Source: Casimicrobiaceae bacterium
GTDB taxonomy: Bacteria > Pseudomonadota > Gammaproteobacteria > Burkholderiales > Casimicrobiaceae
NCBI GenBank assembly: GCA_036380055.1
Contig: DASVFM010000001.1
Span: forward strand, 11,126-75,125
Direction of reading: 5' to 3'
DNA: 64,000 nt
Shown here: positions 54,147 through 63,720 of the stretch, in pieces
Position numbering within the stretch: position 1 is the stretch's first letter
Layout of the letters: each line of letters opens with the position of its first letter
Notes under the pieces: model-generated
What the model saw: only the letters and a program-made list of their open reading frames with translations
Databases searched by the model: none
Told to the model about the DNA's origin: nothing
Translations under genes and position numbers: made by a program

Positions 54147-54782
54147 ATGCCGTCGGCCACGAATCTAGCCCTGTTCACGCTCGCGAGCGTTTTGCTCGCG
54201 CTCACGCCGGGACCGAACCTGCTCTATCTCGTCTCGCGCACGCTATGCCAGGGCCGCACTGCGGGCCTCGTCTCGCTCGCCGGCACGACGAGCGGGTTTC
54301 TCTTCTACGCGGTGTCCGCCGCGCTGGGGCTCACGGTCGTCTTCATCGCCGTTCCGGTGCTCTACGACGCGGTACGCTGGGCGGGGGCGGCATACCTGCT
54401 TTGGCTCGCCTGGGACACGGTGCGTCCTCATGGCGCCGGCGGGCTTTTTGCGCGGCGCGATTTGCCGCCGGCGCAACCGGTCGCCCTCTTCCGTACCGGC
54501 GTTGTCACGAGCATCCTCAACCCGAAGGTGGCGCTCTTCTACGTCGCCTTGTTTCCGCAGTTCGTCGATCCTTCGCGAGGGAGCGTGCTCGCGCAGTCGC
54601 TGCTGCTGGCCACGATCCAGATCGTCGTGGACGCCTTCATCGATTGCCTGTTCGTGCTCGCCGCGGCGCGCGTCTCGGGCTGGCTCGCCGAGCGACCGAC
54701 CTGGATGAAAGCCCAGCGCTGGGTGCTCGGCGGAGTGTTCGCCGGTATCGCGATGAAGCTCGCGCTCGACGTGCGCAAATGA
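54147..54782 (+). CDS. LysE/RhtB family amino-acid exporter
   Basis: MPSATNLALFTLASVLLALTPGPNLLYLVS is the typical LysE N-terminus and the protein has six TM segments. Start ATG 54147. Confidence 0.85.
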   Translation: MPSATNLALFTLASVLLALTPGPNLLYLVSRTLCQGRTAGLVSLAGTTSGFLFYAVSAALGLTVVFIAVPVLYDAVRWAGAAYLLWLAWDTVRPHGAGGLFARRDLPPAQPVALFRTGVVTSILNPKVALFYVALFPQFVDPSRGSVLAQSLLLATIQIVVDAFIDCLFVLAAARVSGWLAERPTWMKAQRWVLGGVFAGIAMKLALDVRK

Positions 54783-55201
54783 AAGTCGAAGCTTCGTCGA
54801 CCGGCATCTACGCTCGGCTCGTCGTGGTCGCGATCGTCTGGGGTGCAAGCTTCATCGCCGGGCGAGTCGTTTCCACCGAGATGGATGCCGTCACGGCTGC
54901 GCTTTGGCGCTATGTCATAGCGGCCACGGCGCTGGTAGCAGCAGCGCTGGCCATCGAGCGCGGATTGCCTCGGCTCAGCGCGAAACAGTGGGGCGGTATC
55001 GTCGTGCTCGGCATCCTCGGCGTCTCGGCGTACAACCTGTGTTTCATGTACGGCTTGCAGACGGTTTCCGCATCGCGTGCCTCGCTCATCATCGCGCTCA
55101 ATCCCGCCGCCACGCTCATCGGTGGAGCGATGTTCCTGCACGAACCGCTCACCCGCGATCGGGTCCTCGGGATCCATAACGCCTGCTCGTACACGGGCTA
55201 G
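54779..55201 (+). pseudogene. Truncated EamA/DMT-family transporter (single incomplete EamA domain)
   Basis: The start has an ATGA overlap with the LysE stop. Only 140 aa are present, with four TM helices (IYARLVVVAIVWGASFIAG ... ASLIIALNPAATLIGGAMFL). HEPLTRDRVLGI should begin helix 5, but the frame ends as HNACSYTG-stop, 5 nt before the next gene. Full DMT proteins have two 5-TM EamA domains. Confidence 0.5.
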
Positions 55202-55206
55202 AGGCA

Positions 55207-56340
55207 ATGCAGCTCAATCAGGAGCAACGACTCGTCCGGGACACGATGCGCGCCTTCGCGCGGCAGCAGCTCGCGCCGAACGCAGCGCGCTGGGACCGGG
55301 AGTCGCACTTCCCGCGCGAAGAGCTGCGCGCGCTCGGCGAGCTGGGTGCGCTCGGCATGGTCGTGCCGGAGCGCTGGGGCGGAGCGGGCATGGACTATGT
55401 ATCGCTCGCGGTAGCACTCGAGGAGATCGCGGCGGGAGACGGGGCCACATCGACCGTCGTTAGTGTCCAGAACTCGGTCGTCTGCGGGCCGATAGCGGCT
55501 TTCGGCAGCGAAGCGCAGAAGGAGAGATACCTCAAGCCCCTGGCGAGCGGTGCCAAGCTTGGCTGCTTTTGCCTCACCGAGCCGCAGGCGGGCTCCGACG
55601 CGGCGGCGCTCGCGACGAGGGCGCGCCGCACCGGCGCGGATTTCGTGCTCGACGGGGTGAAGCAGTTCATCACCTCGGGAAAGCACGCCGACGTCGCCAT
55701 CATCTTCGCGGTCACTGACAAGGCGGCCGGCAAGAAGGGCATCTCCGCCTTCATCGTCGACACGACGAGCCCCGGCTACTCGGTATCGCGCCTGGAAGAC
55801 AAGCTCGGGCAGCGCGCCTCGGACACCGCCCAAGTCACCCTTGAGGATTGTCGCGTGTCGGCGGCGAACCTGCTCGGCAGCGAGGGGGAGGGCTATCGCA
55901 TCGCGCTCGCCAACCTCGAAGCAGGACGCATCGGGATCGCTGCACAAGCGGTGGGTATGGCCCGCGCCGCATTCGAGGCCGCGCTCGCCTACGCGGGCGA
56001 ACGTGCGGCGTTCGGCAAACCGATCGGCGAGCACCAAGCCGTGGCGTTTCGCCTCGCCGACATGGCCACGGACATCGAGGTCGCGCGGCAGATGGTGTGG
56101 CACGCGGCGAGCCTGCGTGACGCAGGCGAGGCGTGCCTGAAGGAGGCGTCGATGGCGAAGCTGTTTGCTTCGGAGATGGCCGAGCGAGTGTGCTCGGCGG
56201 CGATTCAAACTCACGGGGGTTACGGATACGTTGCCGACTTTCCCGTGGAGCGCATCTACCGCGATGTGCGGGTGTGCCAGATCTACGAGGGCACGAGCGA
56301 CATCCAACGCCTTGTGATCTCGCGCGCGTTGCTGTCATAG
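55207..56340 (+). CDS. Acyl-CoA dehydrogenase (short/branched-chain type)
   Basis: The translation contains [42 protein letters not shown] and [16 protein letters not shown]. Confidence 0.9.
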   Translation: MQLNQEQRLVRDTMRAFARQQLAPNAARWDRESHFPREELRALGELGALGMVVPERWGGAGMDYVSLAVALEEIAAGDGATSTVVSVQNSVVCGPIAAFGSEAQKERYLKPLASGAKLGCFCLTEPQAGSDAAALATRARRTGADFVLDGVKQFITSGKHADVAIIFAVTDKAAGKKGISAFIVDTTSPGYSVSRLEDKLGQRASDTAQVTLEDCRVSAANLLGSEGEGYRIALANLEAGRIGIAAQAVGMARAAFEAALAYAGERAAFGKPIGEHQAVAFRLADMATDIEVARQMVWHAASLRDAGEACLKEASMAKLFASEMAERVCSAAIQTHGGYGYVADFPVERIYRDVRVCQIYEGTSDIQRLVISRALLS

Positions 56341-56353
56341 GCTCCGTCCCATC

Positions 56354-56959
56354 ATGAGCGCAGCGATCGATTTCTACTTCGACTTTTCCTCTCCATACGG
56401 TTTTCTCGCCTCGGAGAAGATCGAGGCGCTCGCCGCGAAGCACGGGCGCGGTGTCGCGTGGCACCCGATCCTGCTGGGCGTCATATTCAAGCAGACGGGC
56501 GCGGTCCCACTCACCACGGTGCCCCTGAAGGGCGACTATTCGCGTCGCGACATGGCGCGCAGCGCGAGATTTCACGGCATTGCGGGATTTCGCATGCCAT
56601 CCGTCTTTCCGATAGCCACCCAGGCGCCGGCACGCATCGTGCTCTGGGTGCGGTCCCGGGATGCTGCGCTTACCGCCAGAGTAATCCACGCGCTCTACCG
56701 GGCATTCTTCGTCGAGGATCGCAACATCTCGGACGCCGACACCGCAGCTGACGTCGCCGGAGCCGCCGGCGTGGATCGTGCTTCGGCTCGCGCGGCAGTC
56801 GATGACACCGCGATCAAGGACGCGCTTAGGCGCGAGAACGAGCTCGCGATCGCGGCCGGCGTGTGCGGCTCCCCGTTCATCGTCGTGGACAGCGAGCCGT
56901 TCTGGGGTGTGGACCATCTCGATCAGGTCGATCGGTGGCTCGCCACCGGAGGATGGTGA
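56354..56959 (+). CDS. 2-hydroxychromene-2-carboxylate isomerase family protein (DsbA-like / kappa-GST fold)
   Basis: The translation contains IDFYFDFSSPYGFLASEKIEAL and GVCGSPFIVVDSEPFWGVDHLDQV. Confidence 0.8.
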   Translation: MSAAIDFYFDFSSPYGFLASEKIEALAAKHGRGVAWHPILLGVIFKQTGAVPLTTVPLKGDYSRRDMARSARFHGIAGFRMPSVFPIATQAPARIVLWVRSRDAALTARVIHALYRAFFVEDRNISDADTAADVAGAAGVDRASARAAVDDTAIKDALRRENELAIAAGVCGSPFIVVDSEPFWGVDHLDQVDRWLATGGW

Positions 56960-56960
56960 G

Positions 56961-57593
56961 GTGGCGGAGTACACCCTCTATTGCTTCGCGCAATCCGGCA
57001 ATGCGTACAAGCCCGCGCTGACGCTTGCGCTCGCCGACGCCGACTGGGCGCCACGCTTCGTCGACTACTTCGGCGGCGAGACCCGGACGCCGGCGTACCG
57101 CGCCGTCAACGAGATGGGCGAGGTGCCCGTGCTCGAGCACAGCGGTGCGCGGCTCACGCAGTCCGGGGTGATCCTCGACTACCTGGCCGAAACGCTCGCC
57201 TGCTTCGGAGCGCGCGACGCGGTGGAGCGGCGCGAGATCCTGCGCTGGCTTCTGTGGGACAACCACAAGCTCACGAGCTATACGGCAACCTACCGCTTCA
57301 TGCGTGCCTTCGCCAAGGATCCCGATCCCGCCGTGCTCAAGGTCTTCCGCGCGCGAGCGGAGACCGCGTGGGGCATTCTCGATGCGCACCTCGCCGGGCG
57401 CCGCTACGTGGTTGCCGATAGGCTGACGATCGCCGATCTCTCGCTTTGCGGCTACCTCTATTGGCCCGAGGAGATCGGCGTGGATTGGAACGACTACCCG
57501 AACTTGCGCGACTGGCTCGCCCGGATAAGCGACGAGCCGCGCTGGGTTCATCCGTACCAGCTCATGCCGGGGCATCCGCGGCCCGGAGAGTAG
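56961..57593 (+). CDS. Glutathione S-transferase
   Basis: The GTG start lies 1 nt after the preceding stop, with a GGAGGA SD 8 nt upstream. [21 protein letters not shown] and [23 protein letters not shown] form the GST N-domain. Confidence 0.82.
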   Translation: MAEYTLYCFAQSGNAYKPALTLALADADWAPRFVDYFGGETRTPAYRAVNEMGEVPVLEHSGARLTQSGVILDYLAETLACFGARDAVERREILRWLLWDNHKLTSYTATYRFMRAFAKDPDPAVLKVFRARAETAWGILDAHLAGRRYVVADRLTIADLSLCGYLYWPEEIGVDWNDYPNLRDWLARISDEPRWVHPYQLMPGHPRPGE

Positions 57594-57597
57594 ATCC

Positions 57598-59205
57598 ATG
57601 CCGGCGATCGAGACTCACCTCGACACTCGCGATCCGACCTTCGCGGCGAATCGCGAAGCGCTCTCCGTCCTGGTCGCGGATCTCCGGGCGCGCGTGAGCG
57701 CGATCGAGCTCGGAGGCGGCGAGACAGCACGCACGCGGCACACCGCCCGCGGCAAGCTCCTTCCGCGCGAGCGCGTGCGCGCTCTGATCGACTTGGGTTC
57801 GCCGTTTCTCGAATTCTCGCAGCTTGCGGCGTACGGCATGTACGACGACAACATCGCCGCGGCAGGGATCGTGACCGGAATCGGTCGCATCTCCGGTCGC
57901 GAATGCGTGATCGTGTGCAACGATGCCACCGTGAAGGGCGGCACCTACTACCCGAGGACGGTGAAGAAGCACCTGCGCGCCCAGGACATCGCGCGCGAGA
58001 ACGGGCTGCCGTGTGTCTATCTGGTCGACTCCGGCGGCGCGAACCTGCCGAACCAGACCGACGTGTTTCCCGATCGCGATCACTTCGGGCGCATTTTCTA
58101 CAACCAGGCGACGATGTCCGCCGCGGGGATTCCGCAGATCGCCGTCGTCATGGGCTCGTGCACGGCGGGCGGTGCGTACGTCCCGGCGATGGCGGACGAA
58201 TCGATCATCGTGAAGGATCAGGGAACGATCTTTCTCGCCGGCCCGCCTCTGGTGAAAGCGGCCACTGGCGAGCTCGTGAGCGCGGAGGAGCTTGGTGGCG
58301 CCGATGTGCACACCCGTATCTCGGGGGTTGCCGATCATTACGCGCTCAGTGATCATCACGCACTGGCGATTGCCCGGCGCATCGTGGCAGATCTCAACCG
58401 ACCGAAGGAGCTCGCGCTCGAGGTCACCGAGCCGCGCGAGCCGCTCTACCCGGCGCAGGAGCTCTACGGCGTCATCAACGCCGACATCCGCAAGCCGTAC
58501 GATGTGCGCGAGGTGATCGCGCGTATCGTCGACGCGAGCGAGTTCGACGAGTTCAAGGCGCGTTATGGCACTACCCTCGTCACCGGTTTCGCGCGCATCT
58601 GGGGTTACCCGGTCGGCGTCGTGGCCAACAACGGCGTGCTCTACTCGGAGTCCGCGCAGAAGGGGGCACACTTCATCGAGTTGTGCTCGCAGCGCGGCAT
58701 TCCGCTCGTCTTCCTGCAGAACATCACGGGATTCATGGTCGGGCGCAAATACGAGGCCGGCGGCATCGCCAAGGACGGCGCGAAGATGGTCACCGCGGTG
58801 TCCTGCGCGAAAGTGCCCAAGCTCACGGTTATCATCGGGGGCTCGTATGGTGCCGGCAACTACGGGATGTGCGGGCGGGCATTCGCGCCGCGCTTCCTGT
58901 GGATGTGGCCTAACGCACGCATCTCAGTAATGGGCGGCGAGCAGGCCGCCACGGTGCTGGCGACCATACGGCGCGACGCGATCGAGGCCAAGGGAGGAAA
59001 CTGGAGCGCCGAGGAGGAAGCGGCGTTCAAGGCGCCGCTGCGCGAGCAGTACGAGCGCGAGGGCCATCCCTACTACGCGAGCGCGCGGATATGGGACGAC
59101 GGCGTCATCGATCCCGCCGATACGCGCAAGGTCCTCGCGCTGGGGATCTCGGCGGCGCTCAACCGCCCGATCGAACCGACTCGGTTCGGCGTCTTCAGAA
59201 TGTAG
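57598..59205 (+). CDS. liuB: Methylcrotonoyl-CoA carboxylase carboxyltransferase (beta) subunit
   Basis: The protein is 535 aa with a two-domain carboxyltransferase. The translation contains [23 protein letters not shown] and [21 protein letters not shown]. Confidence 0.92.
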   Translation: MPAIETHLDTRDPTFAANREALSVLVADLRARVSAIELGGGETARTRHTARGKLLPRERVRALIDLGSPFLEFSQLAAYGMYDDNIAAAGIVTGIGRISGRECVIVCNDATVKGGTYYPRTVKKHLRAQDIARENGLPCVYLVDSGGANLPNQTDVFPDRDHFGRIFYNQATMSAAGIPQIAVVMGSCTAGGAYVPAMADESIIVKDQGTIFLAGPPLVKAATGELVSAEELGGADVHTRISGVADHYALSDHHALAIARRIVADLNRPKELALEVTEPREPLYPAQELYGVINADIRKPYDVREVIARIVDASEFDEFKARYGTTLVTGFARIWGYPVGVVANNGVLYSESAQKGAHFIELCSQRGIPLVFLQNITGFMVGRKYEAGGIAKDGAKMVTAVSCAKVPKLTVIIGGSYGAGNYGMCGRAFAPRFLWMWPNARISVMGGEQAATVLATIRRDAIEAKGGNWSAEEEAAFKAPLREQYEREGHPYYASARIWDDGVIDPADTRKVLALGISAALNRPIEPTRFGVFRM

Positions 59206-59211
59206 GAATCC

Positions 59212-60069
59212 ATGGCCACTAGACGAATCAGGCGCAACTCGGCGCGCTCCGCCACAGGCCGGATCCGGCTGCGCACGTCGTACCTGACGATCGAGGTCGC
59301 GCTGCGCAACGCGGTCGCAGTCGTGACGCTCAACCGGCCCGAGGTTCGCAACGCCTTCAACGAGACGCTTATCAGGGAACTGACCGAGGCGCTGCGCGCG
59401 CTCGCGAGCGACGAAACGGTGCGCGCCGTCGTGCTGCTGGGCGCGGGCGAGAGCTTCTGTGCCGGGGCCGATCTCAACTGGATGCGGAAGATGGCCGCCT
59501 TCTCACCGGCGCAGAACCTTGCCGACGCGAAGGCGCTGACGATGATGCTGGCCACGCTCAACGACATGCCGCAACCGACCATCGCCCGCGTGCACGGTTC
59601 GGCCTTTGGTGGAGGCGTCGGTATCGTCGCCTGCTGCGACATCGCGATCGCCGCGCACGACGCGACGTTCGCGCTCTCGGAGGCAAAGCTGGGGCTGATT
59701 CCGGCGGCCATCAGTCCCTACGTGATCGAGGCGATCGGGGCACGCGCAGCGCGGCGCTACTTCCTCACGGCGGAGCGCTTTACCGCCGCAGAGGCGTTTC
59801 GTCTCGGCCTGCTGCACGATCTCGCGGTGCCCGCCGAGCTCGACGCCAAGGTCAACGAACTGCTCGGCTTCCTCGTGACGGCCGGGCCGCGGGCGCAGGC
59901 CGAAGCGAAGCGGCTCATCCGCGCGGTCGCGCACCGGCCGATCAGCGGCGAGGTAGTCACGGATACGGCTCGGCGCATCGCACGCGTGCGGGCTACGCCC
60001 GAAGCGCGGGAAGGCGTGGCCGCGTTCCTCGCCAAGCGCCGCGCCGCGTGGGTTCCCCGCGGCGAGTGA
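59212..60069 (+). CDS. liuC: Enoyl-CoA hydratase (methylglutaconyl-CoA hydratase)
   Basis: The crotonase-fold motifs VAVVTLNRPEVRNAFNE, GAGESFCAGADLNWM and ARVHGSAFGGGVGIVACCDI are present. The start may lie downstream of 59212. Confidence 0.88.
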   Translation: MATRRIRRNSARSATGRIRLRTSYLTIEVALRNAVAVVTLNRPEVRNAFNETLIRELTEALRALASDETVRAVVLLGAGESFCAGADLNWMRKMAAFSPAQNLADAKALTMMLATLNDMPQPTIARVHGSAFGGGVGIVACCDIAIAAHDATFALSEAKLGLIPAAISPYVIEAIGARAARRYFLTAERFTAAEAFRLGLLHDLAVPAELDAKVNELLGFLVTAGPRAQAEAKRLIRAVAHRPISGEVVTDTARRIARVRATPEAREGVAAFLAKRRAAWVPRGE

Positions 60070-60082
60070 ACGGCTGCGCTCC

Positions 60083-60730
60083 GTGGATCAGCTCGATACC
60101 TGGCAACTGATCGCCCTCGCCGCCACGCTGGGTTGGGCGAGCGGGATCCGGCTCTACGCCGTGCTGTTCGTCGTCGGCGCGGTCGGCTACGCCGGTTGGT
60201 TCGAACTGCCGGAGCACCTGCGCGTGCTTTCGCATCCGCTTGTGCTCGCCGCGTCGGGTTTCATGGTGCTCGCCGAGTTCTTCGCCGACAAGATTCCGGG
60301 GTTCGATACTGTGTGGGACGTCGTGCATACGCTGGTACGTATACCCGCGGGAGCCGTCCTGGCGGCGGCCGTGTTCGGCGATTCCCAACCCGCCTGGACT
60401 CTGGCCGCCGCGATCCTGGGCGGGACGCTCGCAGCGGGGAGCCACTTCACCAAGGCGAGCGCGAGGATGCTGATCAACGCCTCGCCCGAACCCTTTTCCA
60501 ACTGGGCAGCCTCCTTCGGTGAGGACCTTCTCGCAGGAACCCTCATCTACTTCGCGCTGGCGCATCCGGCGGCTGCGCTCGTCGCGATCGCTGTGCTGAT
60601 CGCGCTTTCGCTCTGGCTGCTGCCGAAGCTCTGGCGTGCCATGAACGCGATCCTGGAGCGGCTCGGCAGCCTGTTCGGCGGCACGCGGATAGAGGGATCG
60701 CCCGATGCGGGCCGACGCGACGATGTTTGA
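60083..60730 (+). CDS. DUF4126-like integral membrane protein
   Basis: The start codon is GTG. The protein is multi-TM and contains LGWASGIRLYAVLFVVG and AEFFADKIPGFDTVWD. It overlaps the liuD start by 8 nt. Confidence 0.7.
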   Translation: MDQLDTWQLIALAATLGWASGIRLYAVLFVVGAVGYAGWFELPEHLRVLSHPLVLAASGFMVLAEFFADKIPGFDTVWDVVHTLVRIPAGAVLAAAVFGDSQPAWTLAAAILGGTLAAGSHFTKASARMLINASPEPFSNWAASFGEDLLAGTLIYFALAHPAAALVAIAVLIALSLWLLPKLWRAMNAILERLGSLFGGTRIEGSPDAGRRDDV

Positions 60731-62759
60731 CAAGATCCTCATCGCGAACCGCGGCGAGATTGCTTGCCGCGTGGCCCGTACCGCGCGGCGGATGGGGGTC
60801 CGTACCGTGGCCGTGTACTCGGATGCCGATGTCGGCGCGCTGCACGTCAGCGCCTGCGACGAGGCGCATCGACTGGGACCGCCTCCGCCCCGCGAAAGCT
60901 ATCTCAACGGCGCAGCGATCATCGCAATCGCCAAAGAGAGCGGCGCGCAGGCGATTCATCCCGGATACGGTTTTCTCTCGGAGAACGAGGGCTTCGCCGC
61001 CGCGGTCGCGGCCGCCGGGCTCGTCTTCGTCGGTCCGCCGCCTGCTGCGATTCGCGCCATGGGATCGAAGTCGGAGTCCAAGCGCATCATGACCAAGGCC
61101 GGCGTACCCGTCGTTCCCGGCTATCACGGCGACGACCAGGACGACGGCGCGCTCGCGCGCGAGGCATCGACGATCGGTTTTCCGGTGCTGATCAAGGCTT
61201 CCGCAGGCGGCGGCGGCAAGGGCATGCGCGTGGTCGAGCGGCGTGAGGACTTCGCTGCCGCATTGGCGTCAGCGCGGCGAGAAGCGAAAGCAAGCTTCGG
61301 CGATGACACGGTGCTGCTCGAGAAGTATCTCACCGCGCCTCGCCACATCGAGATGCAAGTGTTTGCCGATGCGCACGGCGGCTGCGTGCATTTGTTCGAG
61401 CGCGACTGCTCGGTGCAGCGCCGGCATCAGAAGGTGCTCGAGGAGGCGCCTGCGCCGGGCATGACGGCGGAGCGCCGGGCACGGATGGGTGCGGCGGCCG
61501 TCGCCGCGGCCAACGCGATCGGCTATGTCGGCGCCGGTACCGTGGAGTTCATCGTCGAGGACGCGCGCGATGCACAAGCTCCGTTCTACTTCATGGAGAT
61601 GAACACGAGGCTGCAGGTCGAGCATCCCGTGACCGAGATGGTCACTGGCCTCGATCTGGTTGAATGGCAGCTACGGGTAGCGGCCGGCGAGCACCTGCCG
61701 TTGCCGCAGGAGAGGATCGAGCTGCGGGGACACGCGATCGAGGCGCGCATCTACGCAGAGGATCCCGACAGGGGCTTCCTGCCCTCGATCGGGCGCCTCG
61801 CGCATCTGCGGGCCCCAGCCGCGTCCACCGATGTGCGGGTGGACACCGGCGTGCGCGCCGGCGACGAGATCAGCTCGTATTACGATCCGATGATCGCCAA
61901 GCTCATCGTGCGGGGAGAGGACAGGCGCGCAGCGCTGCGGCGGCTCGCCAGAGCGCTCGAGGACTACCAGATCGTCGGCGTCTCCTCGAACGTTGCTTTC
62001 CTGCAACGGGTAGTAGCCCACGAGGCGTTTGCCAGCGGCCGCATCGACACGGGACTGATCGCGCGTGACCATGCGGCGCTGTTTCCTCCGGCGGAGCCGC
62101 CCTCCGCAACCGTGTTTGCGGTGGCTGCGCTCGCCGAGCTCGCACGCTTGCGCGAAAGCGCTGCATCCGAGGCGAAGACTTCCGCTGACCGCTGGTCACC
62201 GTGGCAGGCCGTCGACACGTGGTGGCTCAATACCGATGAACACGCGATCCGCCTCGGCTTCGAAAGCGGCGGGGCGACCAACGCGGTAGAACTGCGCGCT
62301 GGCGCAGCTGGAACCTCAGTCGCAGTGGGCGGCCGCGATTACGCCGCAAGCGTCGAGTCGCACGGAGTCGATATCACCGTCGAGTTCGATGGATCGCAGG
62401 TCGAGGCGACGGTAGTGCCACTGGGGGAGGAGCGCTTCGTGTTCTGCGCCGGCGACAGGCAGCGCCTGCGCCTCGTCGACCCGCTGGCTCATGCGGGCGA
62501 GGTGGAGCATCACGGCGGGCATCTTTCCGCACCGATGTCGGGAACGGTGATCGCAGTGCTGGTGAAGCCGGGAGACGCGGTCGGCAAGGGGGCGACGCTG
62601 CTTATCCTCGAGGCAATGAAGATGGAGCATACGATCGTGGCGCCGGGAGACGGCGTAGTCAGCGCGGTCAACTGCCGGGTCGGAGAGCAGGTGCAGGAGG
62701 GTGCGGACCTGATCCGCCTCGACGAGGGCCACTCCCAGACGGCCGGATCGGGCACGTGA
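60723..62759 (+). CDS. liuD: Methylcrotonoyl-CoA carboxylase biotin-carrying (alpha) subunit
   Basis: [25 protein letters not shown] marks the biotin carboxylase domain and an ATP-grasp core follows. The C-terminal biotinyl domain has LEAMKMEH. Confidence 0.93.
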   Translation: MFDKILIANRGEIACRVARTARRMGVRTVAVYSDADVGALHVSACDEAHRLGPPPPRESYLNGAAIIAIAKESGAQAIHPGYGFLSENEGFAAAVAAAGLVFVGPPPAAIRAMGSKSESKRIMTKAGVPVVPGYHGDDQDDGALAREASTIGFPVLIKASAGGGGKGMRVVERREDFAAALASARREAKASFGDDTVLLEKYLTAPRHIEMQVFADAHGGCVHLFERDCSVQRRHQKVLEEAPAPGMTAERRARMGAAAVAAANAIGYVGAGTVEFIVEDARDAQAPFYFMEMNTRLQVEHPVTEMVTGLDLVEWQLRVAAGEHLPLPQERIELRGHAIEARIYAEDPDRGFLPSIGRLAHLRAPAASTDVRVDTGVRAGDEISSYYDPMIAKLIVRGEDRRAALRRLARALEDYQIVGVSSNVAFLQRVVAHEAFASGRIDTGLIARDHAALFPPAEPPSATVFAVAALAELARLRESAASEAKTSADRWSPWQAVDTWWLNTDEHAIRLGFESGGATNAVELRAGAAGTSVAVGGRDYAASVESHGVDITVEFDGSQVEATVVPLGEERFVFCAGDRQRLRLVDPLAHAGEVEHHGGHLSAPMSGTVIAVLVKPGDAVGKGATLLILEAMKMEHTIVAPGDGVVSAVNCRVGEQVQEGADLIRLDEGHSQTAGSGT

Positions 62760-63682
62760 ATCTTCTCGTCTATACGCACGGCGGCAAGGGCAGCGCGTGG
62801 CTCGACGCCTTCGTGCGTGCGCTGCCCGAAGCGAAGGTGCGAACCTGGCCCGAGGCGCCGGCCGTCGACGCCGACTATGCCGCCGTGTGGAAGCCGCCGG
62901 TCGAGTTGCTCGGCTCGCTCGCGCGCGTAAAGGCGGTGTTCAACCTCGGCGCCGGCGTCGACGGAATCGCGGAGATGCCAACGCTGCGGACGGAGGTGCC
63001 GCTCGTCCGTCTCGAGGACGCGGGCATGGCGCAACAGATGGTCGAGTACGTTTCTCACGCCGTGCTTCACCGCTATCGCGAATTCGATGCGTACGCCGAG
63101 CAGCAGCGGGCGGGCGTCTGGAAGCCGCGCCGCCGCGTTGCCAAGAGCAGCTTCGGCGTGGCCATCCTGGGCCTCGGCACGCTGGGCAGCGCGGTGGCTG
63201 CCTCGCTCGCTCATTTCGGCTTCCCGCTGCACGGATGGAGCCGCACGACGAAGGCCATCCCCGGTCTCTCGAGTCACAGCGGCGAGACCGGGCTCGTGAC
63301 GGTGCTGCGCGCGGCGCAGGTACTCGTCTGCCTGCTTGCGTTGACCAGGGAGACACGGCACCTGCTCGACCGGGCGCGACTTTCGCAGCTTCCTCGCGGA
63401 GCGTATGTGGTCAACGTCTCGCGCGGCGACATCCTAGTCGACGAGGATCTGCTCGCTCTGCTCGACGAAGGTCACCTCTCCGGCGCGATGCTCGACGCGT
63501 TTCGCGACGAGCCTCTGCCGGCGAGTCACGCCTTCTGGCATCATCCGAAGGTCACGATAACGCCGCACGTGTCGGCGGCGACGCTCATCGACGAATCGGT
63601 CGCGCAAGTCGCGCAGAAGATACGCTGCCTGGAAGCAGGACTGCCGATCAGCGGCGTCGTCGTACGCGGACGCGGCTACTGA
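62756..63682 (+). CDS. D-2-hydroxyacid dehydrogenase (GhrA-like glyoxylate/hydroxypyruvate reductase)
   Basis: The GTG start overlaps the liuD TGA. The N-terminus [31 protein letters not shown]...[14 protein letters not shown] resembles E. coli Ghr[11 protein letters not shown] is the NAD fold. Confidence 0.78.
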   Translation: MNLLVYTHGGKGSAWLDAFVRALPEAKVRTWPEAPAVDADYAAVWKPPVELLGSLARVKAVFNLGAGVDGIAEMPTLRTEVPLVRLEDAGMAQQMVEYVSHAVLHRYREFDAYAEQQRAGVWKPRRRVAKSSFGVAILGLGTLGSAVAASLAHFGFPLHGWSRTTKAIPGLSSHSGETGLVTVLRAAQVLVCLLALTRETRHLLDRARLSQLPRGAYVVNVSRGDILVDEDLLALLDEGHLSGAMLDAFRDEPLPASHAFWHHPKVTITPHVSAATLIDESVAQVAQKIRCLEAGLPISGVVVRGRGY

Positions 63683-63720
63683 CCTGTGGGCCCAATGATC
63701 GCAATGACGATCCTCGAGAA

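Noticed and set aside
54245-55201. 318-aa ORF suggesting a full-length protein overlapping the LysE gene
   Set aside because: The first 178 codons are an alternative frame of the LysE gene with Arg-rich, non-membrane-like sequence. Only the last 140 codons, from ATG 54779, look like a real EamA fragment.
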